Shown: positions 26,678-42,433, counted from the stretch's first letter. The stretch: DNA of 64,000 bases from Chrysomallon squamiferum (GCA_012295275.1 CM022669.1:12710001-12774000), one strand, 5' to 3'. Numbers and translations: made by a program. The notes: generated from the letters alone by a model not told the origin.

Positions 26678-29600
26678 TGGAAACTATTCGCAGGCTTGGA
26701 ACAGTTTAAGAAACAACTTGAAGAACGTAAATTTCCGATCTCGATACTGATGATTAATCAATAGCTGTACGAATTTTTCTGGAATCGATTTTATGTCATT
26801 GACAGTTAAAATTCAGAAAAAATTCTTCAGATATGAAAACTTGGGCTATAATAATAACAGTAGTGGTAGTAGTAGTAGTAGTTGTTGTTGTTGTTGTAGT
26901 ATTAGTAGTAGGAGTAGTACGAGGTGTGTCAGTACACATGGGTCATTCTTTTTCTGTTAGCACTATGATATTTTTTTATATGCAATTTCCCCAAGCAGGA
27001 AAACATGATGATCATCGATAAACCATTGGAGCACTGTTGGAACAGTAAATTATGGATGACTGAACTGTTTTGAAACATTTATGTCTGTATAAGTATGGTT
27101 TCATAGGATTCAGAATGTTTATTTAGTTGTTGTTTTTTTTTCCTTAATTTTGAATGTATTGGAAGTTTAATAATTTATAGTAGAGAAAAATGAGAAAATT
27201 AAAACTGATTAAAATATACTAACAAACAAAATATAAATCGTAAATATATGCAGTCTCTGTTTTTGCGACGCCAGTCGGACGGACGTCATTAATATAATTT
27301 GATGATAAATAATAAAACAGGTTTTTTCGCTTTGATGTTGGTTAGCGAATGTTTGTAAACGTGGTTTTCTATGATGAAAATTTGCAATAAATATCAAATT
27401 TTGTAACCGATACCTAATCAATTAGTTTTACTACCATACCAATGTCTCGCTTCCACGTTTATAAATATTTACATTTGTCTATTACTTATTTATTCCTGCC
27501 AGCACCAGACAGCAAGTAATATTCAACAATGCCTTTAATCGGTCTCATAATTTATGCAATATAAAGGACATAAAATTCATTCTATCATGAAATTCGACAA
27601 AGCTTGTCGGGTTTCCGAAACGAAAACCTTTCTGAATAGAAACGGTCACGGAAAATATGAAATCGATTTCCTCGGTTATGGGTGAGTAATCGTAACGTAG
27701 GAAGCTCTAATATCCCGAACGTTAGAAACTCGCACGTTTTGCGGTGAAACAGATCTTCCAGAACTGACAACGGTGTTGAAATTTGTTAAATATCGTCACT
27801 CGCAGAAGAAAAAGGAAAGGAAAGATCACGCTGTCGTGATTACTGAACATCATCAATCATTTTAATTAACAAGCGGCGATAACCTCCATTTATCACGCGT
27901 TATTAAACGCACTCTCCAACAGACGCGAAGCTGAAGTTTTTAAGGGAACGGTTCCAGCAGGATTTACTAACGGGTGTGCGTGTGCGTGTGTGTGTGTATG
28001 TGTGTGCGTGAAGGGTGGGCGGGAAGAAAATCAATTTTTACATTTATTAAATAAGTGTCGAATAAATGATACCTGTCAGAAAAATTTAAAAAAAAAAAAA
28101 AAAAAAATATTAATTATAATAACACGTCAATTTGAATATATATATATATTTTTTTATAAGTGACAGATGAAGAAGAAGATGAAGAATATGATAATGACGA
28201 TGATGATGGTGATGACTGTATCCCAAGATAGATGGATGATTTAAAGTGGTCTTATTTTTTGTTTTTCTGCTACATCCTTATCATTATCATTATCATCATC
28301 ATCATCATCGTCATTATTATTATTATTATTGTTATTATTGTTCTTCTTGTTGTTGCTGCAGTGGAAACAGGCATAGCTATTCGTTGTTGGTAGATGAAAT
28401 TTGATTTAGAAAGTATACATAAACTTACATTTCACCCTATCACAGATACTTTTTTTTTTTTTATCAAACTGTACAGCTTCTAATTTTATGTATACATTCG
28501 TAAGTATCTCTTGTTGTATAAACAACAGACAGAATGTGTTTATTTGCACGAACTCGGTCAATGAGTTAACATAAATATGAATTACCTCATGACAATTTCC
28601 AATTGTGTGCCAAGACGCAAACCTAATGTAATCAGGATCGAAAAGGATGATATTACTGTATTATTTATTTTAACTGATTAACTTAAATATTACCTAAGTT
28701 AAAGTTAAAATGATTTAATAATAATAATAAAAATAATAATAATAATAATAACAACAACAATAACAGTAACAACAAGAACAACAGCAAAACAATATATATA
28801 TAATAGTTGACTTTTATGAAGATGATGATAACGATTTTGATGATGATGATGATGATAATTATTAACGAAGTTAGTGACAGTGATAATACTTTTTTTGAAA
28901 CGGCTCAGGATCATACACAGCAATACAGTACATTAAATTATTGTGGAAGTATGATGTGTGACATTACTCTCGATCAACTCGTAAAAAATGTTTCTATCTG
29001 GCTTCAGTTTGTTTACGTGTTTCCTTTAAGGCCTGGAGCCATTGCGCTCTTATATACTTTTTTATTTTTAAAGTGTATATAAGCAAGAAGTGTCCCTAAC
29101 GTCTTTAAATCCGGGAAGGCAAAATAGAGCCATTGGTAATCATGTCAGAATGTCCCAACGTAGTGTTTGCCCTGACAAGAAAATTGTATAAGCGGTCCAG
29201 GGCAGCAAAAAAGACGTCAAAAATGCATTAGAAATATTGGTAGAACATCTTAAAACATTTAGTTTTGTCGTCACATCCGACACCTTTGTGGAAAATGTTA
29301 CTGCAAACGCCTTAAGCGGAATTACAAGCTGCACGTTAAGTGTCCGAGGGCTGTTTACGAGAAATTCAAACTGTCTCTTACTAGCGATTGCAATTATTAA
29401 GCTAAGAGTGAGACTCACACTTTAAACAGAATGAAAGACTCATTTTCTTTCCATCAGCGTGATGGAAATAACCACAATTATGGGAATTTGAGTGGCGACA
29501 TTTGCTTCATTTCATCGTGTGTTCCTGCTCTTGGGGCAAAAAAAAGGTCTTTGCAACTAACACCGCTGAAAAGAAACTACATCTGAATAAAAAGCCATCA

Positions 29601-30259
29601 GGGCATTTGTCCCAAATCTAAAATATTTCCGATTAAGTTCGCTGCAAGACACAGAAAGAACAGGACATCTTTATGACAGCGGAATTACCATCGATCGCGT
29701 CTGATGCTGCTGCAAGTGGAATTTCGTTTTGCTTTGAGTTTGTCACGATGTGTTACTCAAATATTATGGTTTGCGTTGAGAAGCAAAGAACTCGAGATGC
29801 TACGAAAGATGCAAGGATGAGAAGAAGAAGAAAAAAGATCACCCGAGCGCACTGATTCACTTCAATTAACATTCTGGACAACATGTTGAAACAGTCTGGC
29901 CTCGTCCGATCATCTCTGATACAGTTTCAGAGCGAATCTTTGCTAACCACTTCGGACTCGAGATCGCTTTGTGCTATGTGAATCATGCCCAGACTATGTC
30001 CCGGGCTGATTTGTCAAAGGTTGCGGAATGTGTTTTCCCGTGATCTCTTGCTGCAAATACAAGAAGATTAGCCCATCATGCGAGGGCAGCGGGTTATCTC
30101 TCTTGATAGCAATAAAATAAATATAATAAATATAATTACTAATTACTTTATGGGATAGGGGTGGGTAAGGTTAGACTATTTTTTATTTAATTTATTTTTT
30201 ATGTATTTTCTGTTAAGTGTTTCAAGGCATCGTGTGTTGTATGTACAAACCCCGTAAAC

Positions 30260-30341
30260 TGCCGCTGACAAGACTCGAACGTATGTTCCACATTCCCCCG
30301 TGCGCCAAAGGTATTCGACGTTACCATTCGGCCATCAAGAC
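30260..30341 (-). mobile_element. tRNA-derived SINE head or tRNA pseudogene
   Basis: Minus strand reads gtcttgaTGGCCGAATGGtaacgtcgaatacctttggcgcacgggggaatgtggaacatacGTTCGAGTCttgtcagcggca: Pol III A-box and B-box at tRNA-like spacing. The stems do not pair cleanly, so it is not called a functional tRNA. Confidence 0.6.
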
Positions 30342-31234
30342 AACATTGAGAATAAAATATTTTTCTACACCAAAATCTTAAGCTGAACATTATTTTAAAT
30401 AAACAAATAAATAAGTAAATAAACAGCAACAACAACAACAACAATAACTAGAACAATAATAATAATAAGAACAAGAACAACAATAATAATAATAATAATA
30501 ATAATAACAACAACAACAATAATATTAATAAACAGCAACTATCACTATAACAACAGACAACCACGACCATAACGACAGCACATCTAGATAACTCTGGACA
30601 TCATCTAATAGAGTTACCCATCACTGACTGTATTTGTGTTATTGTAAACTGAGAAACAACAACAAACAACGCAAAACCAACACGTAGCGTGTTTTAAGCC
30701 TGGGTTGTTGACACACGCTCTCACTGCTTATGCATCACTTAGAAACCATTTTGATGTTTTGCCATTTTGTTTTCACGAAAGAAATAACCCACACACGTGC
30801 ATTGTGTGTGAATCCAGGTATGCCATCTAATAATAGGCTGAACACAGGATTTTCATTACAGATGACGTTTATTGCAGAGACTGGCGCACATGATGCTGAA
30901 AGTAATTCTCCCGTAACATATCTCCAGTGACCGGAACACCAATAGGCTATGTCTGCAAATATTTAATTTTATTTTTAAAATTAATTTAATTTTTTTAATT
31001 TTTAATTTTAATTTTTAATTTTTTTTTATGATTGATTTTAAAATGAGGAATCCATACAGTTCATGTTGTATGTTTTTGTTTTTGTTTGTTTTTTAAAATT
31101 ATTATTAGGAATGCTTGTTAGGATGAAATTTGAATACGTCGCTTATTTATCTTCGTCACCATCACCAGCAGCAGTAGCAGCAACGACAGCACTACAACGA
31201 TCATCATCATTATTTATTTTATTATTATTTTTAC

Positions 31235-31291
<57 letters not shown>

Positions 31292-31571
31292 TATTATTAT
31301 TATTATTAAGTTAAATATATTTTATTAAAGTTTTGTTTACGGGGTATTTTCTTACATTATATTTTGATATACTTTAAATAAACAGTGACTCAGTACAAAT
31401 AAAATTATATATATATATAAAATAAATAGTATGAATAGTAATATATAAGAACTGGGAAAAAACAAAGAAAAATAAAAACAAAGAAATAAACAAAAAATCA
31501 GAAACGAACTAACGGATATAATAATAAATAGATAATGTTTGACCAGCGCAATAAAATGAATCAGCAATGAA

Positions 31572-31610
<39 letters not shown>

Positions 31611-32391
31611 ATATAACAGGTCAAGAAAGAAAAACAAATAATAATAACGCACAAGGTACACAATAGCAACACTCAGAATATGAAGATATGCATAATGCAG
31701 ACAGTTTTTCAGCGTCGTACATTTCAGACATTTAAGATGCACAAAACCAGCTGGCAGAATTTCTCACTGAATACCAAGGTTTATTGCAATGTCTTCTTGT
31801 GAATTCCACTTCTACATAATTTTCAAAATAGATACAAAACCTTCTCATATCCTGAACGCTGTAAGACAGATTTCTGTATATAACACATGTAAACAAACGT
31901 ACATACATACATACACATAATAATACATACGTGCATACACATAATAATACATACGTGCATACATACATATGTACATAAACACATACATAGTTAACTGTTT
32001 TATCGCCCATATTAAAGTACATTTAGAATCACGTTCTTGTTTTTATATAAATGTTTTACTAGTTTTATTTTCATATTAACAATTTCACCACACATGCATA
32101 ATTTAGCGCATATTCCTTCCTCAAAGCACAATCGGAATGTAATAAAGAACCATTTATTGCCCTATCTATCATGTAATCTCCGTGCGAAATCATTCAATTA
32201 TGCAGCTTATCCCTGTTTATGTTTCTTAGTTAATTAACAGAACGCACGCACCACAGATTCTATTAGTTACTTATTACTACAAGCGACAACTCGGACCCGG
32301 CAAAACTTGTAAACAGACTCGCGAGTCCAGTTAAACATTAACTTGGCTTTATAGGATTACTGGAAATAATTACCCATGCAAGTTTTATCTG

Positions 32392-32394
<3 letters not shown>

Positions 32395-32468
<74 letters not shown>

Positions 32469-32539
32469 CGATCAGCTGTTTGCAGCTTGGACAGGTCAGT
32501 TTTAAAAGGTGGCTTTGCTACGATTCCTATGATTAATGA

Positions 32540-32594
<55 letters not shown>

Positions 32595-32620
32595 TGTCTG
32601 AGTTTGTGGTTGTGTAGGTG

Positions 32621-32667
<47 letters not shown>

Positions 32668-32771
32668 GGCATTGTGTGTGTATGTCTGTTTTGCTGGTGT
32701 GTTTATCGAAAATTTTCTTTCGTTCTTTATCAACGAGCTTTTCAGACAATAATCAATCTGATTAAACCTAC

Positions 32772-32866
<95 letters not shown>
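32395..32866. repeat. Compound microsatellite cluster: three (TG)n tracts, then (TA)n directly fused to (GA)n
   Basis: (TG)n at 32395-32465, 32543-32592 and 32626-32663; (TA)n at 32774-32828; (GA)n at 32829-32866. Confidence 0.97.
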
Positions 32867-32867
<1 letters not shown>

Positions 32868-33899
32868 GTAACAGATAATATAGATTTTTTACCGCTTATA
32901 AATAATTTAAGTTTTAACTATTTTATCTCTTTTTAACGACGTTATTATTGCATGATTCAGTTTTATAGAAGAATAAACAGGAAAACATCAGAACGTATTT
33001 AGATCCTACACATTATGACTGATTTGTTTTGGGTTTATTTATGGCTCTTCGACTACAACTATCCAACAATTATACATCGTTTTGTCCGTATGTCTGCCTG
33101 CCTGTCGGTCTGTCTATTGATCTGTCTGCCTGTCTTACGTCTGTCTGTCTCTGCTCGGATCTGTTCTGTGTGTACGTATCTCAGATAATTATTTCAAACT
33201 CTTGAACGTAAAGGAAATATAGGCCAATCAGAAACCACATCAAAAAGGAAATTAACAAAATTCGTTTGATATTCTGGAGTTAATTCTAACACACCTTTAG
33301 CCCCACAGCTGTTGTTCTGAGTTGGATCAAATGTCAGGCCTAATCTAGGAGAAATAATTGCAGTTCAGAAATCATAATGAAAAAAATGCCTGTCCCGAGA
33401 AATCGAATATCAGCATGGTTCTGAAGTAAGACACACCAGATGGGAAACCTGGGCCATATTTGTATAAACACTTGTTCGTTTGTAAAGGGAAGCGACTGAT
33501 GAAGCGTATCGCGCGAATTCCCAAGACAAGAAGATGTTTTATCTCAAGGCGAGGAATTTATTCCATCTCACCAACGTTCTCGAATGTTACGGGTGATTGA
33601 TTGTTCTTGTTACCTGTGTAAACGTGGGTTTATTACTTACTTACTGCAAAACAGAAATATGTAAGCAACAGATTGAATCAGATATGTGGAAGCGAAACAG
33701 GACAACTTGAATCAGGGATACGAAAATAACAGGACAGCGTGAACCAGAGTGGAATAATGTAGCTGTCATAATAATTAACGTCTTCTCGCAGTTAGCTGAT
33801 AGGTTCTGATGTTTCTTGTGTTTTTCTGTTAAATTCAAATGTGAGAGATTAAGAAAAACAGACAGATACAAACATACTACTTGCCTAAGATTTCTCTCT

Positions 33900-34101
<202 letters not shown>

Positions 34102-34849
34102 CTTTTCGCTTAGAGAATGGTCAAGAACGTTCTTAAGAGAAAAACTGATTAAACTGCAATAACAGAGAGACAGCCAGACAGAGAAGATAGGTAGATAGAC
34201 AGATAAAAAGGATAAATAAATATAGTTAAATGGAGACAGACAGATAATTAGATAACAGATAGATAGGTAGACATGTAGACAGCAGAAAGAAATAACGAAA
34301 TAAAGAAAGAATTAAAAATAAATAGATATATGAAGGTAAATCTTGCATTCTGAAGAAAACTAAATATTTGTGATTTTCACTGAAAGAAACAAAAAAAAAA
34401 AAATAAAATAAAATAAAATAAATTAACATTTGAAATAAAGCGACACAAAAAAATGAATGTTATCGTTTGTCAAATTAAAGTTGTTTAAGAAAATCCGAAG
34501 TTATCAAAGTCTTAAGATGCATTAGCCTTTAGAAACATTAAATATATTCTAGTAAAGGTATACGGTTTTGAATGTAATCCTATATTACGTCGATTGTTGT
34601 AGGTCTAGACAAAGGATTAACTGTAATGGACTACGTCGCAATTGTATCAGGTTCCAGTTACGTTAAAGTCTAAGTTTAAATGAATTTGTTCATTAATTTA
34701 TTTAATTTAATTATTTTAATTTATCTTTAAAGTACGTGGAAGTAATTTTATAAAGTATTGTTATCATGCAGATTATTGTTGTTGCAGTTGCAAGATATCC
34801 GTGCTGTAGTTGGCTATTACTATGACAACAACGACGACGAATGCTACAA

Positions 34850-35520
34850 AATAATAGTGGTGATAGTGGCAGTAGTTGTAGTAGTAATAGAAGCAGTAAT
34901 AGTAGTAGTAGTAGTAATGGTAGTAGTAGTAGTAGTAGTGGTAGTAGTAGTAGAAGTGTCATTAGTAATAATAATAATAAGGCCATTAATAATAGTAATA
35001 ATAGAGGTAGTAGTAGTTGTTGTTGTAGTAGTAGTAATAATAGAAGTAGTAAAAGTAGTTTAAGTAATAATAATGATAACAGTAGTAATAATAATGCCAC
35101 GGATGGTAGTAATGATAGTAATAGTATAAGTAGTACTAGCAATAATAGCAGTAGTAGTAGTATTTAATACTGTCATTAACATTAGTAATAATAGAAGTAA
35201 AGGTAGCATTAGAAGTAGTAATAATAATATCAATAATGTCCTTAACAGTAGTTATAGTAGTACTGGTGGCAGTATTACTGTCATTAATAGTAATTATAAT
35301 AAATGTAGCAGTAGTAGTAGTAGTAGTTGTTGTTGTTGTTGTTGTAGTTGCTGTTGTAGTAATGTCATTAATAGTAGTAATAATGAAATTAGTATTAATA
35401 TTAAAAACAGCAGTAGTAGTGATAGTAGCAGCAACATTAGCATTAGTAGTAATAGTAGTAGTAATAATTGTATTAATACAGTAGTAGTAGTAATAGCAGG
35501 AGTAATAGTTGAAGTAATAC
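34850..35520. repeat. Cryptic (TAG/TAA)n trinucleotide low-complexity region
   Basis: Direct reading. Source of the poly-V/S/L/T ORFs in the track. Confidence 0.92.
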
Positions 35521-36616
35521 AACAGTATTGGTAATTATAACAGTTCGGAAACAACAACAACCCAAATATTTCGGAATCTAATGTGCAATATAATATCTCG
35601 AGAAAGAAAATAAAACGAAAAGAAATAGCAGTTAAAAGAAAAGGAAAGAAAACGAAAAAGAGGAAGAAGATGTAAAAAAAAATAAAAAAAAAAAAAAAAA
35701 AAAAGAAGAGGAAAAACAGAAAGCATGGTTAAAGAATAACAATAAAGAAAAAGAAGAAAGAGAATAATAAAAAACACAATTACTGGTATTAACTGTCTGT
35801 TAGTAATTAACTCACATGATATACAGCCCGCAATAAGCGAATTTTTATTTTCGCAAAATACTTTGGTTATAACGGAGACATTTTATTGTTGTGTGGGCAA
35901 TGATTTGCCTGCTGCCACACCGTAACAATAACACCTTACAACTGTTACAACGGCTTGTTTTTTTTTTTTTGTATTTTTCTTACACAACCTTCATGTATTA
36001 CATAAAGCTGCAACAGTGGTGGCCAGATCAACGACGTGCATACAACCAAATGCAAATCACCAATCGCGCAGTAATGCAGCACGTGTAAAGTCTTTGAAGT
36101 GGCGAGATTTTAGGAATCAATTACAATCATTACTCCCCGCAACAGCCGTTACTCCAGAAACCTTTAGAACTCAAAACAACCGTCAGCACGTAATATGCTA
36201 GTGCACAGAGCCATGTTGAAAACTCAAGAGACTGTTTTTTTTTCATTTTTTTCTTTTCTTTTTTTTTTTGCATGTTCTATTGTCAGGGAGTGTAAGTCTT
36301 CTTTTTTTTCTTCTTTTTTAATTTTTTTTTTTTTCATTTTTTTTGTTACCGCACGCCCTTGTTTTGTAAGTGAAGGAATCCCTGGCAGTGGCAAAACGCG
36401 AAATTTCTTTGATGCCTGTTTTGAATATTTCACGGTTTCGCTCGTAAAGTGAAAACAAACACGGAAATTCATTATATGAGCTTGCAAAATTCATCAAGCT
36501 AAAAGTTATAGCAGCAGTTGTTGAAGAGAAATCATTTCCCCAGCTAGCTGTTCGGCTATGCACAATTTCCGCTGCCATGCGGTACTGCCTCGTCTTTCTT
36601 TCTTTCTTTTTTTTTC

Positions 36617-36685
36617 TTGCCAGGACTCGAACTTCGATAAAGTCTGTTAAGTTCTGAACGAGATGTTCTAACTCATTTGATTGCT
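36617..36685 (-). mobile_element. Possible highly degenerate tRNA-derived SINE head
   Basis: Minus strand has a B-box-like aaGTTCGAGTCctggc preceded by a weak A-box-like caatcaaatgagttaga and followed by an A-rich tract. Confidence 0.3.
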
Positions 36686-38316
36686 AATGAGCCCCAAGTA
36701 AAATCCAAATACCAGAGATGGACTCCAGAAAGAAGGGGCATAACATCTTTCTTTTTTTTCTTCTTTTTTTTGCGCTTTATTATTTTTTTTGTTGTATTCT
36801 TCTGAAATGAAAACGGCATTTTTTCGCGGATCGAAAGAAAGGGTACAACCTACCGAGTTTAAATTAAAACCACCGACTGAGATATTCAAAATAAAATCAA
36901 TATTAATATTAAAAAAAATATATATATGGTGTGAAATAGAATATATGTTTTTTAATTAAATACTTATATTTGTATTCAGTGGTAATTCAAGAAAAGAAAA
37001 TGATAACTTAAATGAAGAAACATTAAAATGACGAAAGGTTGAAAAGGATATTATTATTATTATTATTATTATTACTATTGTTGTTCTTCTTGTTGTTGTT
37101 TTTGTTGTTGTTGTTATTGTTGTTATTATTGTTATTATTATTACTTTATAAATTATACCGTTTTTTTAAAAATTGTCATTTGTTTAGAAGTGGAAATCTG
37201 TATAGAAAACATTTCAAGACTAGTATCTATTAACAAGTGTTATTGTGTAAAACGATACCGATATTTTTTCGAATTCTATTTCAAATACTGTTTTTGAGAT
37301 CTGCTTAATAGATGTATACATATTCTCGAATTTTTTTTTTAAATCAGTCTGTAAACAGAAGACATTAACAAATAATTATATTTTTTATTGTTCATTTCAT
37401 AATATTGTAGAAGCATGATATGCTTTACCTCCCTTTAAACGAAATGCTTTAGATTTATGTCAGATCAATTACGACTGGAATGGGAAATTGTCCAATGGGC
37501 ACATGTCGATGATTGAAATTAAAGGATCAACTATTCACAAGCAAAAGAAGAAATAAAAAGAAATATTTTATAGCTTTAACAACACTGCGTGCCTGAAGAA
37601 GATGTATTTTAATCTTAACTGATGCAATTGAAATACTTTTTTGTATAATATAATAGCAATATGTGCATACAGACTTTTATCAATGACGACGTACTTCACT
37701 TCTCTATTACTTAAAATCTCCCATCGCTTTTTTACAGATCTTTGCCCCCTTTGTTATTTTAGTAAAACTATACAGTATATAAACAAAGCCATAAAACAGA
37801 TGTGTCCCATGTCTACTCTAAAATTTCGGTCGGTGAAAACCTTATAATTTCCTGTTTTGTCATGATCTAGTTTGATGACAAGATATCGTCAACGCAATAT
37901 TGAACACATCTGGTTGCAGCTGAATTGTTTCATCAGTTCAGAATGGACAACGCTGGATGAATAAGCAGCTCAGTGATTCTCAAAACGAAGAATGGAATTC
38001 AATACGTTCAATAATGTATACATCTGTTAGAATCTGATATACCTGATACGTGTGGGAAACTCAAATGATTACGTTTTATAATGGTTTTTTTTTTCTTTTC
38101 TTTTTTTCTTACAGGTCACAAATTCATACACACCCACACACACACTTTCTTTCTCTCTCTCTGCCTCCCATTGTCTTTGTTTTCTTGCGTCTTTGTCCGT
38201 TTTTCCGTTTGTCTGTCCCAGTCTTTTTTTCACTGACTGTATGTCTTTTTTGTTTTTCTCTTTTACTCTTTCTTTCACCTCTTTCTGTATATGTGTACAT
38301 GTGTGTTTGTGTTTAC

Positions 38317-38477
38317 GTATGTATGTATGAGTGTTTGTATGTATGTATGTATGAGTGTATGTAAGTATGTATGTATGTATGTATTTATGTGTGTATGTAT
38401 GTATGTATGTATGAGTGTGTGTGTATGTATGTATGTATTTATGTATGTATGTATTTATGTGTATATGTATGTATGTA

Positions 38478-38511
<34 letters not shown>

Positions 38512-38527
38512 AGTGTGTGTATGTATG
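38317..38527. repeat. (TATG)n imperfect tetranucleotide repeat
   Basis: Direct reading. Confidence 0.95.
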
Positions 38528-39169
38528 CATTTGTGCTTCTGTAATTAAATGTAGTACATCTTCAGTAGTAATGACGTAATTTTATTTAATGTTACAGATG
38601 ATATATTCTGTAAAGGAAGCGCATGCATAAGGAAATAATTTGTAATTATGTTTGAAATATGTACGTATTGGTTTTATTATTAATTTATTTGTTTATACTT
38701 TTAACATCAGAATATGTTTCTCTGTCATATTAAAGTAATTCCTATCAGTAAACGTTTCTATTTCTATAGCTAATCACAACTGAAAGTCATTAATTCAGAT
38801 ACAAGGACACAACACTGCTTTCGTATCAGATGTAGACAAATCAAATAATAACCTATCATACGGACATAAATAACACAATGCCATACACAGAATACTTGCA
38901 GCAACAAGAATGAAAAAAAAAAAAAAAAAGTAATATCACCTATTATGTATAATTATACTGGTCTTTGATATGTCCAGTTGTATTTGGGATAATTTCCTAA
39001 AGTTTACAGCGGGCTTTTAAGTTTCATAAAACACACCAACACCTTGATCTTTTTTTTTTCTTCTTCTTCAATCTTTTTTTTTTTTTTTTTTTTTTCTTCT
39101 TCTTCTTTTTATGACCACGAATAACAGAAGAAACCCTGAGGATCTGTTAAGACGATAATGAAGAAAATT

Positions 39170-39490
39170 AAACCCTGTACGCTTCCTTATTTTTCACACG
39201 GCGCACAGCTGAATCTGTTTAATTATTTCCGGTCTAACGGAGACATTTTAGGAGGGGGATAAATTATGATGAACACCGGACAGTATCCGCGAGGTGTCTG
39301 TCAATTTGTCTGTTTCGGTAACTCCAGTGTCAGCGGGTGTCCGCAGACAGGATCCGCCTCAGCCAGTTGTTGCTTCGAGGCGTCAGTTTACGAAGATTAA
39401 CTGATCACCCGATTTAACCTCGCTAATTATCGGAAAGTAAATATTTAAAGAGTCCAGTGGAACAGAGGTAGACGCTGGCAGAGAGATTAT
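39170..39490. promoter_or_regulatory. CpG-rich non-coding island, candidate cis-regulatory element
   Basis: GC/CpG-enriched unique sequence with taatta, cagctg and ctgtca motifs and no credible ORF. Confidence 0.35.
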
Positions 39491-41789
39491 GATGAATGAT
39501 AAGATGATTTTTTTGTTTGTTTGTTTTTCTCTTTCTTGTTCTTAATGGTCAGAAAGAGAAACAGTCTTTGACAGAATGACGTAAAGAAGTTCGCCTTATT
39601 ATTTTGATGTCGTTGATGATGATGATGGTAATAATACTAATAATACTAATAATAATAATTATGATGATGATGGTGATAATAAAAATGATACTGATTATGA
39701 TAACAACAACAACAACAATAATAATGATGATAATAATAATAATAAAAAGATGATGATGATGATGATGATGGTGGTGATAACAATATAATATAATAAATAA
39801 GAAATCGAATATATTGAGAAACATAAATGATACATATTTAAATTAAGGTTATTATTAATTTGTAATCTATAATGGATATTCTTAAGGTTTAAGCTATTAA
39901 AATTATTTCCAGGAGAAATTTCAGTGTTAATGAAAATTTATTTTTCATTTTAATTTTTAAAAAGAAATCCTGCATTAAATAATGCAGAACATCACTGCTG
40001 GCACATCTAATTATTATTACTATTATTTTAAAAATAATCTTTAGAAGATCACACTTCTTTATGTCGACGTATCGCGTTTTAAATTTGCCATGAAAATATT
40101 GCCAGCTTATAACATTATTGTCTCTAAAATATTTATTGTCTCTGGTTTTAGTTACTTCTAGGTAACCATGGTATCAGGAAACCGCACTTAAACCTGAACA
40201 CCTTGATCTATGAAATGACACCACAATTGTCAGCACAAGGAAAAAAAAAAAAGAAAACAAACAAATAATATTTATAACTGAAAAAGAATAATAATAATAA
40301 TAAAAAAAATAAAGAAACAGTTTAATAAAATTTAAAAAAAAACCAAACAAACACACACCAAAAAGACAACGGAAAAACAGAATGAAAAGAAAAAGAAACT
40401 AAAGAAAGAAATGAACAAATAATAATACAATGATAATTTCGTGACAGTCTGTTTTTATATCTTCTTTTTTATTAGAAATGTTTGATCGCCTGATTAAAAA
40501 AAAAAAAAAAAAAAAAAAACAACAACAACTCCCACCAAAAAAACAAAACAAAAAACAAACAAACAAAAGCCAAAAAACAACAGCAAGATGAAAAGATATT
40601 TATTTATGTATAGCATATTTTGAATTCTTTAAGGGTAAACTGTATTGATCAGAAATTTGTGTTCCTTTCAATTTTGTGACTTTAAAGTACTAATAAGAAA
40701 AAAAAAATATCCCCACAAAAAAAAAAAAAAAAAAAAAAAAAAAATAATAATAATAATAACAAAAAAACGAAACAAAAATCAAAATCATTTGTTTTCTTTT
40801 TTCGATGCCAACTTATTATTATTATTATTATTATTTATTTATTTTTTTTTTATTCTGCCTCAAAACTCACAGAGATTCTTTTTGGACAAAACGACGAAAA
40901 TTTCCGCAGAGCGTAAAACATTTATATTTAAGAAAGTTAAAAGAGAAATCTCGTTTCGTTTTCTTATTCACTTTGTCACATTTGTGATCACGTCTAACGC
41001 ACTCAGACAGTTGATCAAATATTCAGCTGGCGAAAAACTACCACACGAGAAAGATCATTTTTATAAAATAATAAGATTTCAACAGGAAACTTGTCTCTTT
41101 CACTTGCCACCTCATCCGTCACTTGTTTAATATCTGATAAAGCATAATGGATGTTGAAATTTTTTTTGTTTCTTTTTTTTTATAAATTATTGATAGAAAG
41201 TGTGTTTTACGGGATTTTATCTTTTTCATTATGTTTTTGTTTTCTTGATGAGTTGGAAAAGGAAGAGATACAGTTTCTTTCACTGAAGACGTAGTCGTGG
41301 TTGTGATAATAGACGCTGTTGTGGTTGTAACTATTGTACCTGAAGTTAGTAGTAGTAGAGGTAGTACTAATAGGAGTACTGGTAATGGTTGTAATGGTAA
41401 AAGTAGTTAGCAATAATTTGGCACCATAATTAATAACAGCAGCAGCAGCAACTGTCATACAAGCAGTTGTAGTAGTAGTAATAGTAATATTAATTTTTAT
41501 TTTTATTTTTATTTTTTTATTTTATTTTTTACAGTAATTGCAGTAACTGATGTTAAAAATGGAGTTAATGATGCATGCGTAAACAAAAGAAAATAAATAT
41601 GTTTGTTGAATTGGCTGATTTCTTTTGTTTTACTCCGCTTATTAATTAGTGAATTTCTAAATAAAACTGAGTGAAAATAATCGTAATTTTATTATCTTAT
41701 AATATTTTAAGTACAGTTAGGCATCAAGCATCATGCCCATCACTGTTGATTTAAACTGTGTTGCATATGGCTGAATAAAATATTTCTCT

Positions 41790-41793
<4 letters not shown>

Positions 41794-41832
<39 letters not shown>

Positions 41833-41994
41833 TCGTCCAGATCTTTTCCCTCTTTGTTATTTTATTTACACACACACACACACACACACACACTACACAC
41901 ACATACGTACATATCTTTTCCCTCTTTGTTATTTTATTTATACACACACACACAAATACTCACACACACGCACACATACTCACACACACACACA
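41794..41994. repeat. (CA)n tracts interrupted by a duplicated ~35 bp unique segment
   Basis: atcttttccctctttgttattttattta occurs at ~41841 and ~41913. Confidence 0.9.
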
Positions 41995-42397
41995 ATGTCG
42001 TTCAGAAATAGAAAGGGATACATATGACAAAATATTATTCGTACGGCATACCTAACAGTGAGAAAAACCAATTAAAGATCGAGCCTGGATATTTAAAAAC
42101 AAAACAAAACAAAACAAAGCTTAGTAACTGGATTCAGAATTAGTTTATAAAAACTTAATGACTTTGTACTTCTGCCATTAATTATCATGCGCTACCTTAA
42201 ACTATCATGTTTAAAAATAATAATAATAATAAAATATATAAAAAAATTAATTAATTAATTAATTAAAAACAATAACAAAAAAAAATAAATAAATAAATAA
42301 AACAAATAAAATAAAGGCTTAGTTTTGAACTTTCATTACCTTTCAAAAAAAAAAAAAAATTATTCATTTTCTGTTACGCATATATTTTATTATTATA

Positions 42398-42433
<36 letters not shown>

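Noticed and set aside
26918-26935. mariner-like terminus tacgaggtgtgtc
   Set aside because: No matching inverted end or transposase sequence found.
30260-30341. Functional tRNA gene
   Set aside because: A and B boxes are present, but the acceptor, anticodon and T stems do not pair properly.
32316-32327. Perfect 12 bp palindrome gactcgcgagtc and other isolated short dyads
   Set aside because: Expected by chance in 64 kb.
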